A stretch of 63,791 nucleotides of DNA, the filler included. It is 15 parts of 15 records of this genome, joined end to end, with 100 filler letters (N's around TTAATTAATTAA, not from the genome) between each part and the next. Parts side by side here need not be neighbours in the genome. Positions count along the whole stretch, not along the records: positions 38,996 to 46,222 come from SRR11831586_2146; positions 46,323 to 48,389 come from SRR11831586_2149; positions 48,490 to 51,532 come from SRR11831586_2151; 12 more parts are not named here. One strand, given 5' to 3'. The position numbers were made by a program, and so were the translations under genes. Within the stretch, counting starts at the first letter, position 1; each line of letters opens with the position of its first letter. Below are positions 39,053 to 49,437 of this stretch, piece after piece. The notes beneath the pieces are model-generated. The model was not told where the DNA came from and did no database searches. It saw only the letters and a program-made list of their open reading frames with translations.

Positions 39053-40633
39053 ATGAGTTATTCTGTGATGTTCGCTTTACTCCTGCTCACGCCGCTGCTT
39101 TTTTCGCTGCTCTGTTTTGCCTGCCGGAAACGGAGACTTTCTGCGACTCGCACGGTGACCGTATTACATAGCTTAGGGATCACACTGCTGCTGATTCTGG
39201 CACTCTGGGTGGTCCAAACTGCCGCTGATGCAGGAGAAATATTCGCTGCGGGACTGTGGCTTCATATTGATGGTCTGGGCGGTTTGTTCCTCGCCATTCT
39301 TGGTGTGATTGGCTTTCTCACCGGTATTTACTCGATTGGCTACATGCGTCATGAAGTGGCACACGGCGAGCTTTCACCCGTTACGCTGTGCGATTACTAC
39401 GGTTTCTTCCATCTGTTTTTGTTCACCATGCTGCTGGTTGTTACCAGCAATAACCTGATTGTGATGTGGGCGGCGATCGAAGCCACCACCTTAAGCTCGG
39501 CGTTTCTGGTAGGCATTTACGGTCAGCGTTCATCGCTGGAAGCTGCATGGAAGTACATCATTATTTGTACTGTTGGTGTCGCTTTTGGTCTGTTCGGTAC
39601 CGTGCTGGTATACGCCAACGCCGCCAGCGTTATGCCGCAGGCAGAAATGGCGATATTCTGGAGCGAGGTTCTTAAGCAATCGTCCTTGCTTGACCCAACA
39701 TTAATGCTGTTGGCCTTTGTGTTTTTGCTAATTGGCTTTGGTACCAAAACCGGGCTATTTCCCATGCACGCCTGGCTGCCGGATGCTCACAGTGAAGCGC
39801 CGAGTCCGGTCAGCGCCCTGCTCTCCGCCGTATTGCTGAACTGCGCGCTGTTGGTGCTGATTCGCTATTACATCATTATTTGCCAAGCCATCGGCAGCGA
39901 TTTCCCCAACCGGTTGTTGCTCATCTTCGGCATGTTGTCGGTTGCCGTGGCGGCATTTTTCATTCTGGTACAGCGGGACATTAAGCGTCTGCTGGCGTAC
40001 TCCAGCGTGGAGAACATGGGGCTGGTCGCGGTGGAGCTAGGCATTGGCGGGCCGCTGGGAATTTTTGCCGCGCTGCTGCACATCTTAAACCACAGTCTGG
40101 CAAAAACGCTGCTGTTCTGCGGTTCCGGCAATGTACTGCTCAAGTACGGCACGCGCGATCTCAACGTCGTCTGTGGGATGCTCAAAATCATGCCATTTAC
40201 CGCCGTGCTGTTTGGCGGCGGTGCGCTGGCGCTGGCAGGGATGCCGCCCTTCAACATTTTTCTTAGCGAATTTATGACCATTACCGCCGGACTGGCACGT
40301 AATCACCTGCTGATTATCGTCCTGCTGTTATTGCTGTTAACGCTGGTGCTGGCGGGCCTGGTACGGATGGCTGCGCGGGTGTTAATGGCGAAACCGCCGC
40401 AGGCCGTTAACCGGGGTGATCTCGGCTGGTTGACCACCTCGCCAATGGTGATTCTGCTGGTCATGATGCTGGCGATGGGAACGCATATTCCACAACCTGT
40501 CATCAGGATCCTGGCGGGCGCTTCCACTATAGTCCTCTCAGGGACGCACGATCTGCCTGCACAACGTAGCACCTGGCATGATTTTTTGCCTTCAGGCACC
40601 GCATCTGTTTCGGAGAAACACAGTGAACGTTAA
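39053..40633 (+). CDS. hyfF: Hydrogenase-4 membrane subunit F
   Basis: Antiporter-like subunit; [20 protein letters not shown]. Confidence 0.96.
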
Positions 40634-42290
40634 TTCATCGTCAAATCGTGGCGAAGCGATTCTCGCCGCCCTGAAAACGCAGTTCCCCGGCGCGGTGCTG
40701 GATGAAGAGCGACAAACGCCTGAACAGGTCACCATTACGGTGAAAATCAATCTGCTGCCTGACGTTGTACAGTATCTTTATTATCAACATGATGGCTGGC
40801 TTCCGGTCCTGTTTGGCAACGACGAGCGGACACTTAACGGTCATTACGCGGTTTATTATGCCCTTTCAATGGAAGGGGCCGAAAAATGCTGGATTGTGGT
40901 GAAGGCGCTGGTCGATGCCGACAGTCGGGAGTTTCCGTCAGTCACACCGCGCGTCCCTGCCGCGGTCTGGGGCGAGCGAGAAATTCGCGATATGTACGGG
41001 CTGATTCCGGTTGGCCTGCCGGATCAGCGTCGCCTGGTGTTGCCCGATGACTGGCCGGAAGATATGCATCCGCTGCGCAAAGATGCGATGGATTATCGAC
41101 TGCGCCCTGAACCGACGACTGATTCCGAAACGTATCCGTTTATCAATGAGGGCAACAGCGATGCGCGGGTGATCCCTGTCGGCCCGCTGCATATCACCTC
41201 CGATGAACCGGGTCACTTCCGCTTGTTTGTGGATGGCGAGCAAATTGTCGATGCTGATTACCGCCTGTTTTATGTCCATCGCGGCATGGAGAAACTGGCA
41301 GAAACGCGGATGGGCTACAACGAAGTGACCTTCTTATCGGACCGCGTGTGTGGGATTTGCGGTTTTGCCCACAGTGTGGCCTATACCAATTCGGTTGAAA
41401 ATGCACTGGGGATTGAGGTGCCGCAACGAGCACATACTATTCGCTCGATTCTGCTGGAAGTCGAACGGCTACACAGTCATTTGCTTAACCTTGGCCTCTC
41501 CTGCCATTTCGTTGGTTTTGATACCGGCTTTATGCAATTTTTCCGCGTGCGGGAAAAGTCGATGACGATGGCGGAATTGCTGATCGGGTCGCGTAAAACC
41601 TACGGTCTGAATCTGATTGGTGGTGTTCGCCGCGATATTCTCAAAGAGCAACGTCTGCAAACGCTGAAACTGGTGCGCGAGATGCGCGCCGACGTGTCGG
41701 AGCTGGTAGAGATGCTGCTTGCTACGCCGAATATGGAACAACGCACTCAGGGCATTGGCATTCTCGACCGACAAATCGCCCGTGATTTGCGCTTTGATCA
41801 CCCCTACGCCGACTACGGCAATATTCCAAAAACACTGTTTACCTTTACCGGCGGCGATGTTTTCTCCCGCGTGATGGTCCGTGTCAAAGAGACGTTTGAT
41901 TCGCTGGCAATGCTGGAATTTGCCCTCGACAACATGCCGGATACCCCACTGCTGACCGAAGGCTTTAGCTATAAACCTCACGCATTCGCGCTGGGCTTTG
42001 TTGAAGCGCCACGCGGTGAAGACGTGCACTGGAGCATGCTCGGTGATAACCAAAAATTGTTCCGCTGGCGCTGCCGTGCCGCCACCTACGCCAACTGGCC
42101 GGTGTTGCGTTACATGCTGCGCGGCAATACCGTTTCTGACGCACCGCTGATTATCGGTAGCCTTGATCCCTGCTACTCCTGTACCGACCGTGTGACGCTG
42201 GTAGATGTGCGCAAGCGCCAGTCAAAAACCGTGCCGTATAAAGAGATCGAACGCTACGGCATTGATCGTAACCGTTCGCCGCTGAAGTAA
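40623..42290 (+). CDS. hyfG: Hydrogenase-4 large [NiFe] subunit (555 aa)
   Basis: GTG start; RVCGIC and DPCYSC motifs. Confidence 0.96.
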
Positions 42291-42299
42291 GGACAGAAG

Positions 42300-42845
42300 A
42301 TGCTGAAGTTACTGAAAACTATTATGCGCGCCGGAACCGCGACGGTGAAATATCCCTTCGCGCCACTGGAGGTCAGCCCTGGCTTTCGCGGAAAACCGGA
42401 CCTGATGCCCAGCCAATGTATTGCCTGCGGTGCCTGCGCCTGTGCTTGTCCGGCAAATGCGCTGACTATCCAGACCGACGACCAGCAAAATTCGCGCACC
42501 TGGCAGCTCTATCTGGGGCGTTGTATTTACTGCGGACGTTGTGAAGAAGTGTGCCCGACCAGAGCCATCCAGCTTACCAATAACTTTGAACTGACCGTCA
42601 CCAATAAAGCCGATCTCTATACCCGCGCGACGTTCCATCTACAACGTTGCAGCCGTTGCGAACGCCCGTTTGCCCCGCAAAAAACCATCGCACTGGCTGC
42701 TGAATTGTTAGCACAGCAACAAAATGCGCCACAAAACCGCGAAATGTTGTGGGCGCAAGCGAGCGTCTGCCCGGAATGCAAACAACGCGCGACGCTGATC
42801 AACGACGATACAGATGTACTGCTGGTGGCTAAGGAGCAGCTATGA
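42300..42845 (+). CDS. hyfH: Hydrogenase-4 Fe-S subunit H
   Basis: Two CxxCxxCxxxCP motifs. Confidence 0.96.
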
Positions 42846-43600
42846 GTCCAGTGCTTACACAACATGTCAGCCAGCCCATCACGCTGGACGAGCAAACGCA
42901 AAAGATGAAGCGGCATTTGCTACAGGATATCCGTCGCTCGGCTTACGTTTATCGCGTCGATTGCGGCGGCTGCAACGCCTGTGAAATCGAAATTTTTGCT
43001 GCCATTACACCAGTATTCGACGCAGAACGTTTTGGCATTAAGGTTGTTTCATCACCGCGTCACGCCGATATTTTGTTATTTACTGGCGCAGTCACCCGGG
43101 CGATGCGTATGCCTGCACTTCGGGCGTATGAGTCTGCCCCCGATCATAAAATTTGTGTTTCCTACGGCGCGTGCGGTGTCGGCGGCGGTATTTTCCACGA
43201 TCTCTACAGCGTCTGGGGCGGTAGCGACACCATTGTCCCCATTGATGTTTGGATCCCCGGCTGCCCGCCAACACCGGCCGCCACCATTCACGGTTTCGCC
43301 GTGGCGCTCGGTTTGCTGCAACAGAAGATTCACGCTGTGGATTATCGCGATCCCACCGGGGTGACTATGCAACCGTTGTGGCCGCAGATCCCGCCATCAC
43401 AGCGTATCGCCATTGAGCGAGAAGCGCGGCGGCTGGCGGGCTATCGTCAGGGGCGAGAAATTTGCGATCGGCTCCTGCGCCATTTAAGCGACGATCCTAC
43501 AGGAAATCGGGTTAACACCTGGTTGCGCGATGCCGACGATCCACGTCTCAATAGTATCGTTCAGCAACTCTTTCGCGTACTCCGGGGGTTACATGACTGA
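42842..43600 (+). CDS. hyfI: Hydrogenase-4 small subunit I
   Basis: [16 protein letters not shown]. Confidence 0.96.
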
Positions 43601-44006
43601 AGAGTGCGGGGAAATTGTTTTCTGGACGCTGCGAAAAAAGTTTGTCGCCAGTAGCGACGAGATGCCGGAACACAGCTCTCAGGTAATGTATTACTCGCTA
43701 GCTATCGGCCATCACGTTGGCGTGATTGATTGTCTGAATGTCGCCTTCCGCTGCCCACTGACGGAATACGAAGATTGGCTTGCACTGGTCGAAGAGGAGC
43801 AAGCCCGACGTAAGATGCTGGGGGTGATGACTTTTGGTGAGATTGTTATTGACGCCAGCCACACCGCCCTGTTGACCCGGGCATTCGCGCCACTGGCGGA
43901 TGACGCGACGTCTGTGTGGCAGGCGCGTAGCATTCAATTCATTCATCTGTTGGATGAAATTGTGCAGGAACCGGCCATCTATCTGATGGCCAGAAAAATT
44001 GCGTGA
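43593..44006 (+). CDS. hyfJ: Hydrogenase-4 assembly protein (HycH family)
   Basis: [15 protein letters not shown]. Confidence 0.95.
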
Positions 44007-44035
44007 GAAGGATTTCTCATTAATAAGGACTGTTG

Positions 44036-46048
44036 ATGGCTATGTCAGACGAGGCGATGTTTGCCCCGCCACAAGGAATAACAATTGAAGCGGTAAACGG
44101 AATGCTCGCGGAGCGGTTAGCACAGAAACACGGCAAGGCGTCTTTATTACGCGCCTTCATCCCGCTGCCGCCGCCGTTCAGCCCGGTACAACTTATTGAA
44201 CTGCATGTTCTCAAAAGCAACTTCTATTACCGCTACCATGATGATGGCAGCGATGTGACGGCAACAACAGAGTATCAGGGCGAGATGGTCGATTATTCGC
44301 GTCACGCCGTCCTTCTCGGCAGTAGTGGAATGGCGGAGCTACGCTTTATTCGCACCCACGGCAGTCGTTTTACTTCCCAGGATTGCACACTGTTTAACTG
44401 GCTGGCGCGGATAATCACCCCGGTTCTGCAATCATGGCTCAATGATGAAGAACAGCAGGTGGCGCTGCGTTTGCTGGAGAAAGATCGCGATCATCATCGG
44501 GTACTGGTTGATATTACTAATGCAGTGCTGTCACATCTTGATCTCGACGATCTGATCGCTGACGTCGCTCGTGAGATCCATCATTTTTTCGGTCTGGCTT
44601 CAGTCAGTATGGTACTGGGCGATCATCGAAAGAACGAGAAGTTCAGCCTGTGGTGCAGCGATCTTTCTGCCTCACATTGTGCGTGTCTGCCACGCTGTAT
44701 GCCTGGCGAAAGTGTATTGCTGACACAAACGCTACAAACCCGACAACCGACCTTGACGCACCGTGCAGATGATCTGTTTCTCTGGCAACGCGACCCGTTA
44801 TTACTCTTACTTGCATCTAACGGCTGCGAATCTGCGCTCCTTATACCGCTTACCTTTGGCAACCATACACCGGGTGCATTGTTGCTGGCGCATACCTCTT
44901 CCACTCTCTTTAGTGAGGAAAACTGCCAGCTACTACAACACATAGCCGATCGCATCGCTATTGCCGTTGGCAATGCCGATGCCTGGCGTAGCATGACCGA
45001 TTTGCAGGAAAGTTTGCAGCAAGAAAACCACCAGCTTAGCGAGCAGCTCCTTTCGAATCTGGGCATCGGTGACATTATCTATCAAAGCCAGGCAATGGAA
45101 GACCTGCTCCAGCAGGTAGATATTGTGGCGAAGAGCGACAGTACGGTGTTGATTTGTGGTGAAACCGGAACTGGCAAAGAGGTGATCGCCAGAGCGATCC
45201 ATCAACTTAGCCCGCGACGCGACAAGCCGCTGGTCAAAATCAACTGCGCTGCCATCCCCGCCAGTCTTCTGGAAAGTGAGTTATTCGGTCATGACAAAGG
45301 GGCGTTTACTGGTGCGATTAATACCCATCGTGGTCGTTTTGAAATTGCCGATGGCGGCACGTTGTTTCTCGATGAAATTGGCGATCTGCCGTTAGAACTT
45401 CAGCCTAAACTGCTGCGCGTATTGCAGGAGCGGGAGATTGAGCGTCTCGGCGGGAGTAGAACGATCCCGGTGAATGTCAGAGTCATTGCCGCCACCAACC
45501 GTGATTTGTGGCAAATGGTTGAAGATCGCCAGTTTCGCAGCGATCTCTTTTATCGCCTGAATGTCTTCCCACTGGAATTGCCGCCGCTACGCGACCGTCC
45601 GGAAGATATCCCTCTTTTAGCAAAACATTTCACGCAAAAAATGGCGCGCCATATGAATCGCGCAATTGACGCCATCCCGACCGAGGCACTACGCCAGTTG
45701 ATGTCGTGGGATTGGCCGGGCAACGTGCGCGAGCTGGAAAACGTGATTGAGCGGGCGGTACTGTTGACTCGTGGTAACAGTCTGAATTTACATCTAAATG
45801 TCCGACAAAGCCGTTTACTGCCGACGCTAAATGAAGATTCAGCGCTTCGCAGTTCAATGGCGCAGTTACTGCACCCGACGACGCCAGAGAATGACGAAGA
45901 AGAACGTCAGCGCATTGTTCAGGTATTGCGAGAAACCAATGGCATTGTTGCCGGGCCCCGTGGCGCAGCGACGCGATTAGGGATGAAGCGCACCACGCTG
46001 CTGTCACGAATGCAGCGGCTGGGGATCTCGGTTCGCGAGGTGTTGTAA
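44036..46048 (+). CDS. hyfR: Sigma54-dependent activator HyfR
   Basis: [15 protein letters not shown]-terminal HTH. Confidence 0.96.
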   Translation: MAMSDEAMFAPPQGITIEAVNGMLAERLAQKHGKASLLRAFIPLPPPFSPVQLIELHVLKSNFYYRYHDDGSDVTATTEYQGEMVDYSRHAVLLGSSGMAELRFIRTHGSRFTSQDCTLFNWLARIITPVLQSWLNDEEQQVALRLLEKDRDHHRVLVDITNAVLSHLDLDDLIADVAREIHHFFGLASVSMVLGDHRKNEKFSLWCSDLSASHCACLPRCMPGESVLLTQTLQTRQPTLTHRADDLFLWQRDPLLLLLASNGCESALLIPLTFGNHTPGALLLAHTSSTLFSEENCQLLQHIADRIAIAVGNADAWRSMTDLQESLQQENHQLSEQLLSNLGIGDIIYQSQAMEDLLQQVDIVAKSDSTVLICGETGTGKEVIARAIHQLSPRRDKPLVKINCAAIPASLLESELFGHDKGAFTGAINTHRGRFEIADGGTLFLDEIGDLPLELQPKLLRVLQEREIERLGGSRTIPVNVRVIAATNRDLWQMVEDRQFRSDLFYRLNVFPLELPPLRDRPEDIPLLAKHFTQKMARHMNRAIDAIPTEALRQLMSWDWPGNVRELENVIERAVLLTRGNSLNLHLNVRQSRLLPTLNEDSALRSSMAQLLHPTTPENDEEERQRIVQVLRETNGIVAGPRGAATRLGMKRTTLLSRMQRLGISVREVL

Positions 46049-46069
46049 TCTGCTTTTGCAGGAGTATGC

Positions 46070-46222
46070 ATGAGAAACAAACTCTCTTTCGACTTGCAGT
46101 TGAGCGCCAGAAAAGCGGCAATCGCTGAACGGATTGCCGCCCATAAAATTGCCCGCAGTAAAGTGTCGGTCTTTTTAATGGCGATGTCCGCTGGCGTGTT
46201 TATGGCGATCGGATTTACTTTT
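46070..46222 (+). CDS. focB: Formate channel FocB (5' part)
   Basis: MRNKLSFDLQLS; synteny after hyfR. Confidence 0.9.
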
Positions 46223-46322
46223 NNNNNNNNNNNNNNNNNNNNNNNNNNNNNNNNNNNNNNNNNNNNTTAATTAATTAANNNNNNNNNNNNNNNNNNNNNN
46301 NNNNNNNNNNNNNNNNNNNNNN

Positions 46323-47156
46323 TTTTTTCGCGGCACGAAAATCGGAGCGTACTCCCGTGAAACGGGAGAAGCAGTAGAAGTTCCTGCCGAAGAAATATTC
46401 TCTGATCTGCGAGCAGGCATTCGACGATACAATGTGGTCGATCACACAGTGGCAGGAACTCCTTTCGGTGAGCGTTTTAGTGTACCGTCCTTTATAGACG
46501 ATAACTGGTATGTGGGTGCGGGAATGGGAACGGACTGGTATGAGCGCAGCGTCACCATCACCTCAGCTGGTAACTTCACCGCGGCGCATTTTGACGCAAA
46601 CGGCATGCAAGGATGGATGTACTTGTTGTTTGGGCGCAAAGAATGGGCGTTGTTTGATCCCGCCGAATGGAAAACGCATCTCTTTGACCCGAGCACACAG
46701 ACATACTATCACGAGGAACAAGATGGGCCCGCACGTTTCCCGACGCGCTTCCACTGTCGCCGGTACGTGGGTACCATTGAGGCAGGAGACATGCTTCTCT
46801 TCCCGCCCGGCTGGCTGCATCAAGTCAAGACCACACACGCAAGCTTTGGGATTGGCGGCAGCGTCCTGAACCGCTACCTGCTGCGGGAGAGTATCGTTTC
46901 GTGGCTGTTTGAGGTGCGGCATCACACACAGGGAGCGCTCAACTTCCCCGTATTGGTGGAAACGCAGGCGCGGCGTCGGCTCTCGGCGTCGGATGCTCAG
47001 CAGGCGATCGACTTGCTGCATGCGTTGTGCAGCGAGGAGCCGGCGTTTGAGGCCTGGTCGCAGGAGCAGCGGCTGAGGGACGGTGCGGGAGAGCAAGCAG
47101 AGAGCGTGCCTGCGACAAAGTCATCGATGATGATGATGATGATGATGAAGCGGTGA
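46323..47156 (+). CDS. JmjC-domain Fe(II)/2-oxoglutarate oxygenase, non-E. coli, 5'-truncated
   Basis: Frame open from the contig edge; TAAHFD (HxD), GRKEWALF, AGDMLLFPPGWLHQV (distal His). Confidence 0.85.
   Translation, partial: FFRGTKIGAYSRETGEAVEVPAEEIFSDLRAGIRRYNVVDHTVAGTPFGERFSVPSFIDDNWYVGAGMGTDWYERSVTITSAGNFTAAHFDANGMQGWMYLLFGRKEWALFDPAEWKTHLFDPSTQTYYHEEQDGPARFPTRFHCRRYVGTIEAGDMLLFPPGWLHQVKTTHASFGIGGSVLNRYLLRESIVSWLFEVRHHTQGALNFPVLVETQARRRLSASDAQQAIDLLHALCSEEPAFEAWSQEQRLRDGAGEQAESVPATKSSMMMMMMMKR
47126..47147 (+). repeat. (GAT/ATG)7 microsatellite
   Basis: GATGATGATGATGATGATGATG. Confidence 0.95.
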
Positions 47157-47926
47157 CGGACACCGCTGCGACGATGAAGAACACCAATATGAGTAAGATG
47201 GTGTGACGGACCTGCATGACCAGCGTCGTTGGCAATGTACTCCGGAAGCGTTTTGCGGGGGGTTACGTGCGAGTTCCTCCGTAGCGGTGTGGCTGTGTGT
47301 GATGATCCACCAACCACGCGTCCGCAGATGTGGTGCAGTGGCAGTGGAACGTTTCGACGCGTTGTGGACGTGCTCTCTTGAAAGTAAGAGGTCCTGGTGA
47401 TGCGACACATGGCGGCCCACTAACTCACTCAGAATGGCACTACAATATTGCACAGAGCTCTTGTCCAAGGTGGGGCGGAAAACTCTAGCGTACGTGTACT
47501 TTCAAGCAAGGGTATCCCCAGATCCCACAATAACAAATCACAGAAATGGAATAGACAAAGATGCGTTTATACAAAGTAAACAAAATCGCATAACCCAGCG
47601 CGATAGCCTATCTGCCTCCCAACTATGAGACGAATCCTTATTACGGTGCCGAATTCGCACTCAACATCCGCGCAACCACACACAATACGCCCACACATAG
47701 AGACAGAAACATACACAGCGTAGTGTTCTGCGTTACGGAGAACACACGCCTCATATACCTCCTCAAAAACACAACAACCACGACACAAACATAACACTTT
47801 CTAAACATATTGCTGCTACACATACATCTATCCTACATACATCATAACAATACATCTCATTCGAAGGTACATATCCCACCCCACACCCACCCCACACAGC
47901 CTTCGGACAACGTGGCTCAATCCCAA

Positions 47927-48199
47927 TTAGGACTGAACCGGTGTCGGTTCGCAATCATTACTGCTGTACGGTTTGTTCGATTCGTCCGAAAGCGAACGCC
48001 GAGGTCCCGAGCCAGCGAGCGTCATCAGTTTGCTGAGATAGGCGGCACACGAGTCGTAAAACTCAGCGCAGTTTTTCACAAAACTCCACCCGTTCACGTC
48101 CAGAATATAACGACTTACCCCCGCTGCGCAATAAGTCGATACCGCAGACGCCCTGCTTAAACTCACAGGCAACGCGGAACACCATTTCTTGCTCCTCAT
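47927..48199 (-). CDS. Terminal exon of a Vip1/PPIP5K-like inositol pyrophosphate kinase (one +1 frameshift at 48109-48110)
   Basis: Joined translation EEQEMVFRVACEFKQGVCGIDLLRSGGKS/YILDVNGWSFVKNCAEFYDSCAAYL resembles the Vip1 motif FxQxVCGFDLLRxxGxSYVxDVNGxSFVKxxxxYYDxCA. Confidence 0.82.
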   Translation of the reverse strand: MRSKKWCSALPVSLSRASAVSTYCAAGVSRYILDVNGWSFVKNCAEFYDSCAAYLSKLMTLAGSGPRRSLSDESNKPYSSNDCEPTPVQS

Positions 48200-48389
48200 C
48201 TACGCAACACAACACACATCAGAAAAAAATTATACGAAACAGCGAAAGTTTCTCAGACATACACAATACACAATGACACCCCAACCCCCACAGGCGAACA
48301 TCAACAATACAATACACACCCAATATTCGGCGCACAGACGCACACCAACACCCAACAACGAAACAACAACAACAACAACAACAACAACA
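48200..48389 (-). other. Probable spliceosomal intron (3' part)
   Basis: Minus strand is TG-rich and ends ...TTTTTTTCTGATGTGTGTGTTGTGTTGCGTAG at the homology boundary; in-frame TGA at 48221-48219. Confidence 0.7.
48362..48389 (+). repeat. (AAC)n microsatellite at contig end
   Basis: About nine AAC units. Confidence 0.95.
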
Positions 48390-48489
48390 NNNNNNNNNNN
48401 NNNNNNNNNNNNNNNNNNNNNNNNNNNNNNNNNTTAATTAATTAANNNNNNNNNNNNNNNNNNNNNNNNNNNNNNNNNNNNNNNNNNNN

Positions 48490-48707
48490 TGCTGTGGGGA
48501 TATCTCTCCCGCAATGCTGACAAACTGGCTATTGATCAGCCCTTCCAGCGGCGTATATTTCCAGTTTTCATGTTTACGTGTCGGCAGTCCGGTACGCAGC
48601 AATTGTTGTAAATGCTGCTGTGCTTGCGGGGAGCGTTTTGTCCCTTCAGCTTCAAACAAGTGATGCCACTGTTGCAGCGCGTTACTGCTGTTCGGTAAGC
48701 CAGCCAT
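48490..48707 (-). CDS. sufD: SufD (5' part)
   Basis: MAGLPNSSNALQQW...HENWKYT. Confidence 0.95.
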
Positions 48708-49428
48708 AACCCTGCTCCTCCAGTTGTTTGACCAACGTGAAATCGCCGGATTTCACAATTCGTCCCTGATATAGCACATGAACGTAATCAGGCTTGATGT
48801 AGTCGAGAATGCGTTGGTAGTGCGTAACAATGATGAATGAGCGCTTGCCATCACGCAGCGAGTTCACGCCATCGGCGACCACTTTTAATGCGTCAATATC
48901 CAGCCCGGAGTCCGACTCATCAAGAATGCATAACTCCGGTTCCAGCACCGCCATTTGCAAAATATCGTTGCGCTTTTTCTCGCCGCCGGAAAAACCAACG
49001 TTTACCGAACGGGTTAATAAATCTTCCGGCATCTTCAGGAGAGCGATTTTCTCTTCCATCAAATCCTGAAAATCAAAGCGGTCGAGCGTTTCCTGGCCGC
49101 GATAGCTGCGCACCGCATTAAGTGCCGTTTGCAGGAAAAACTGGTTACTGACACCTGGAATCTCCACCGGATACTGGAAGGCCATAAAGATGCCTTCGCC
49201 CGCGCGATCTTCCGGCGACAGCGCAAGCAAATCTTTGCCTTTGAACTCAACCGTGCCGCCCGTCACTTCATAATCTTCTCGCCCGGCAAGCGTTGCCGAT
49301 AAGGTACTTTTGCCCGAACCGTTTGGCCCCATAATGGCGTGAACTTCGCCGGGATGAACGTCGAGGCTTAATCCGCGCAGGATAGCTTTATCTTCCACGC
49401 TGACGTGTAAATCTTTAATACTTAACAT
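48682..49428 (-). CDS. sufC: Fe-S assembly ATPase SufC
   Basis: GPNGSGKS, FSGGEKKR, LDESDSGLD. Confidence 0.98.
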   Translation of the reverse strand: MLSIKDLHVSVEDKAILRGLSLDVHPGEVHAIMGPNGSGKSTLSATLAGREDYEVTGGTVEFKGKDLLALSPEDRAGEGIFMAFQYPVEIPGVSNQFFLQTALNAVRSYRGQETLDRFDFQDLMEEKIALLKMPEDLLTRSVNVGFSGGEKKRNDILQMAVLEPELCILDESDSGLDIDALKVVADGVNSLRDGKRSFIIVTHYQRILDYIKPDYVHVLYQGRIVKSGDFTLVKQLEEQGYGWLTEQQ

Positions 49429-49437
49429 GTTTATTCC

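Noticed and set aside
47299..47370. GTGATGA plus a stem as a C/D snoRNA or SECIS element
   Set aside because: There is no box D (CTGA) at a suitable distance and no properly spaced AA loop or GA quartet.
46563..47468. Minus-strand ORFs with poly-His, poly-Ile or poly-Ser runs
   Set aside because: They are alternative readings of the GAT microsatellite, antisense to the JmjC gene.
48113..48118. GTAAGT on the minus strand as a 5' splice site explaining the kinase frameshift
   Set aside because: Similarity runs continuously through GGKS-YILDVNG with only one extra base, leaving no room for an intron.
46323..48389. Horizontal transfer of eukaryotic genes into E. coli
   Set aside because: Both sides are artificial spacers with no junction sequence; a mixed sample is far simpler.
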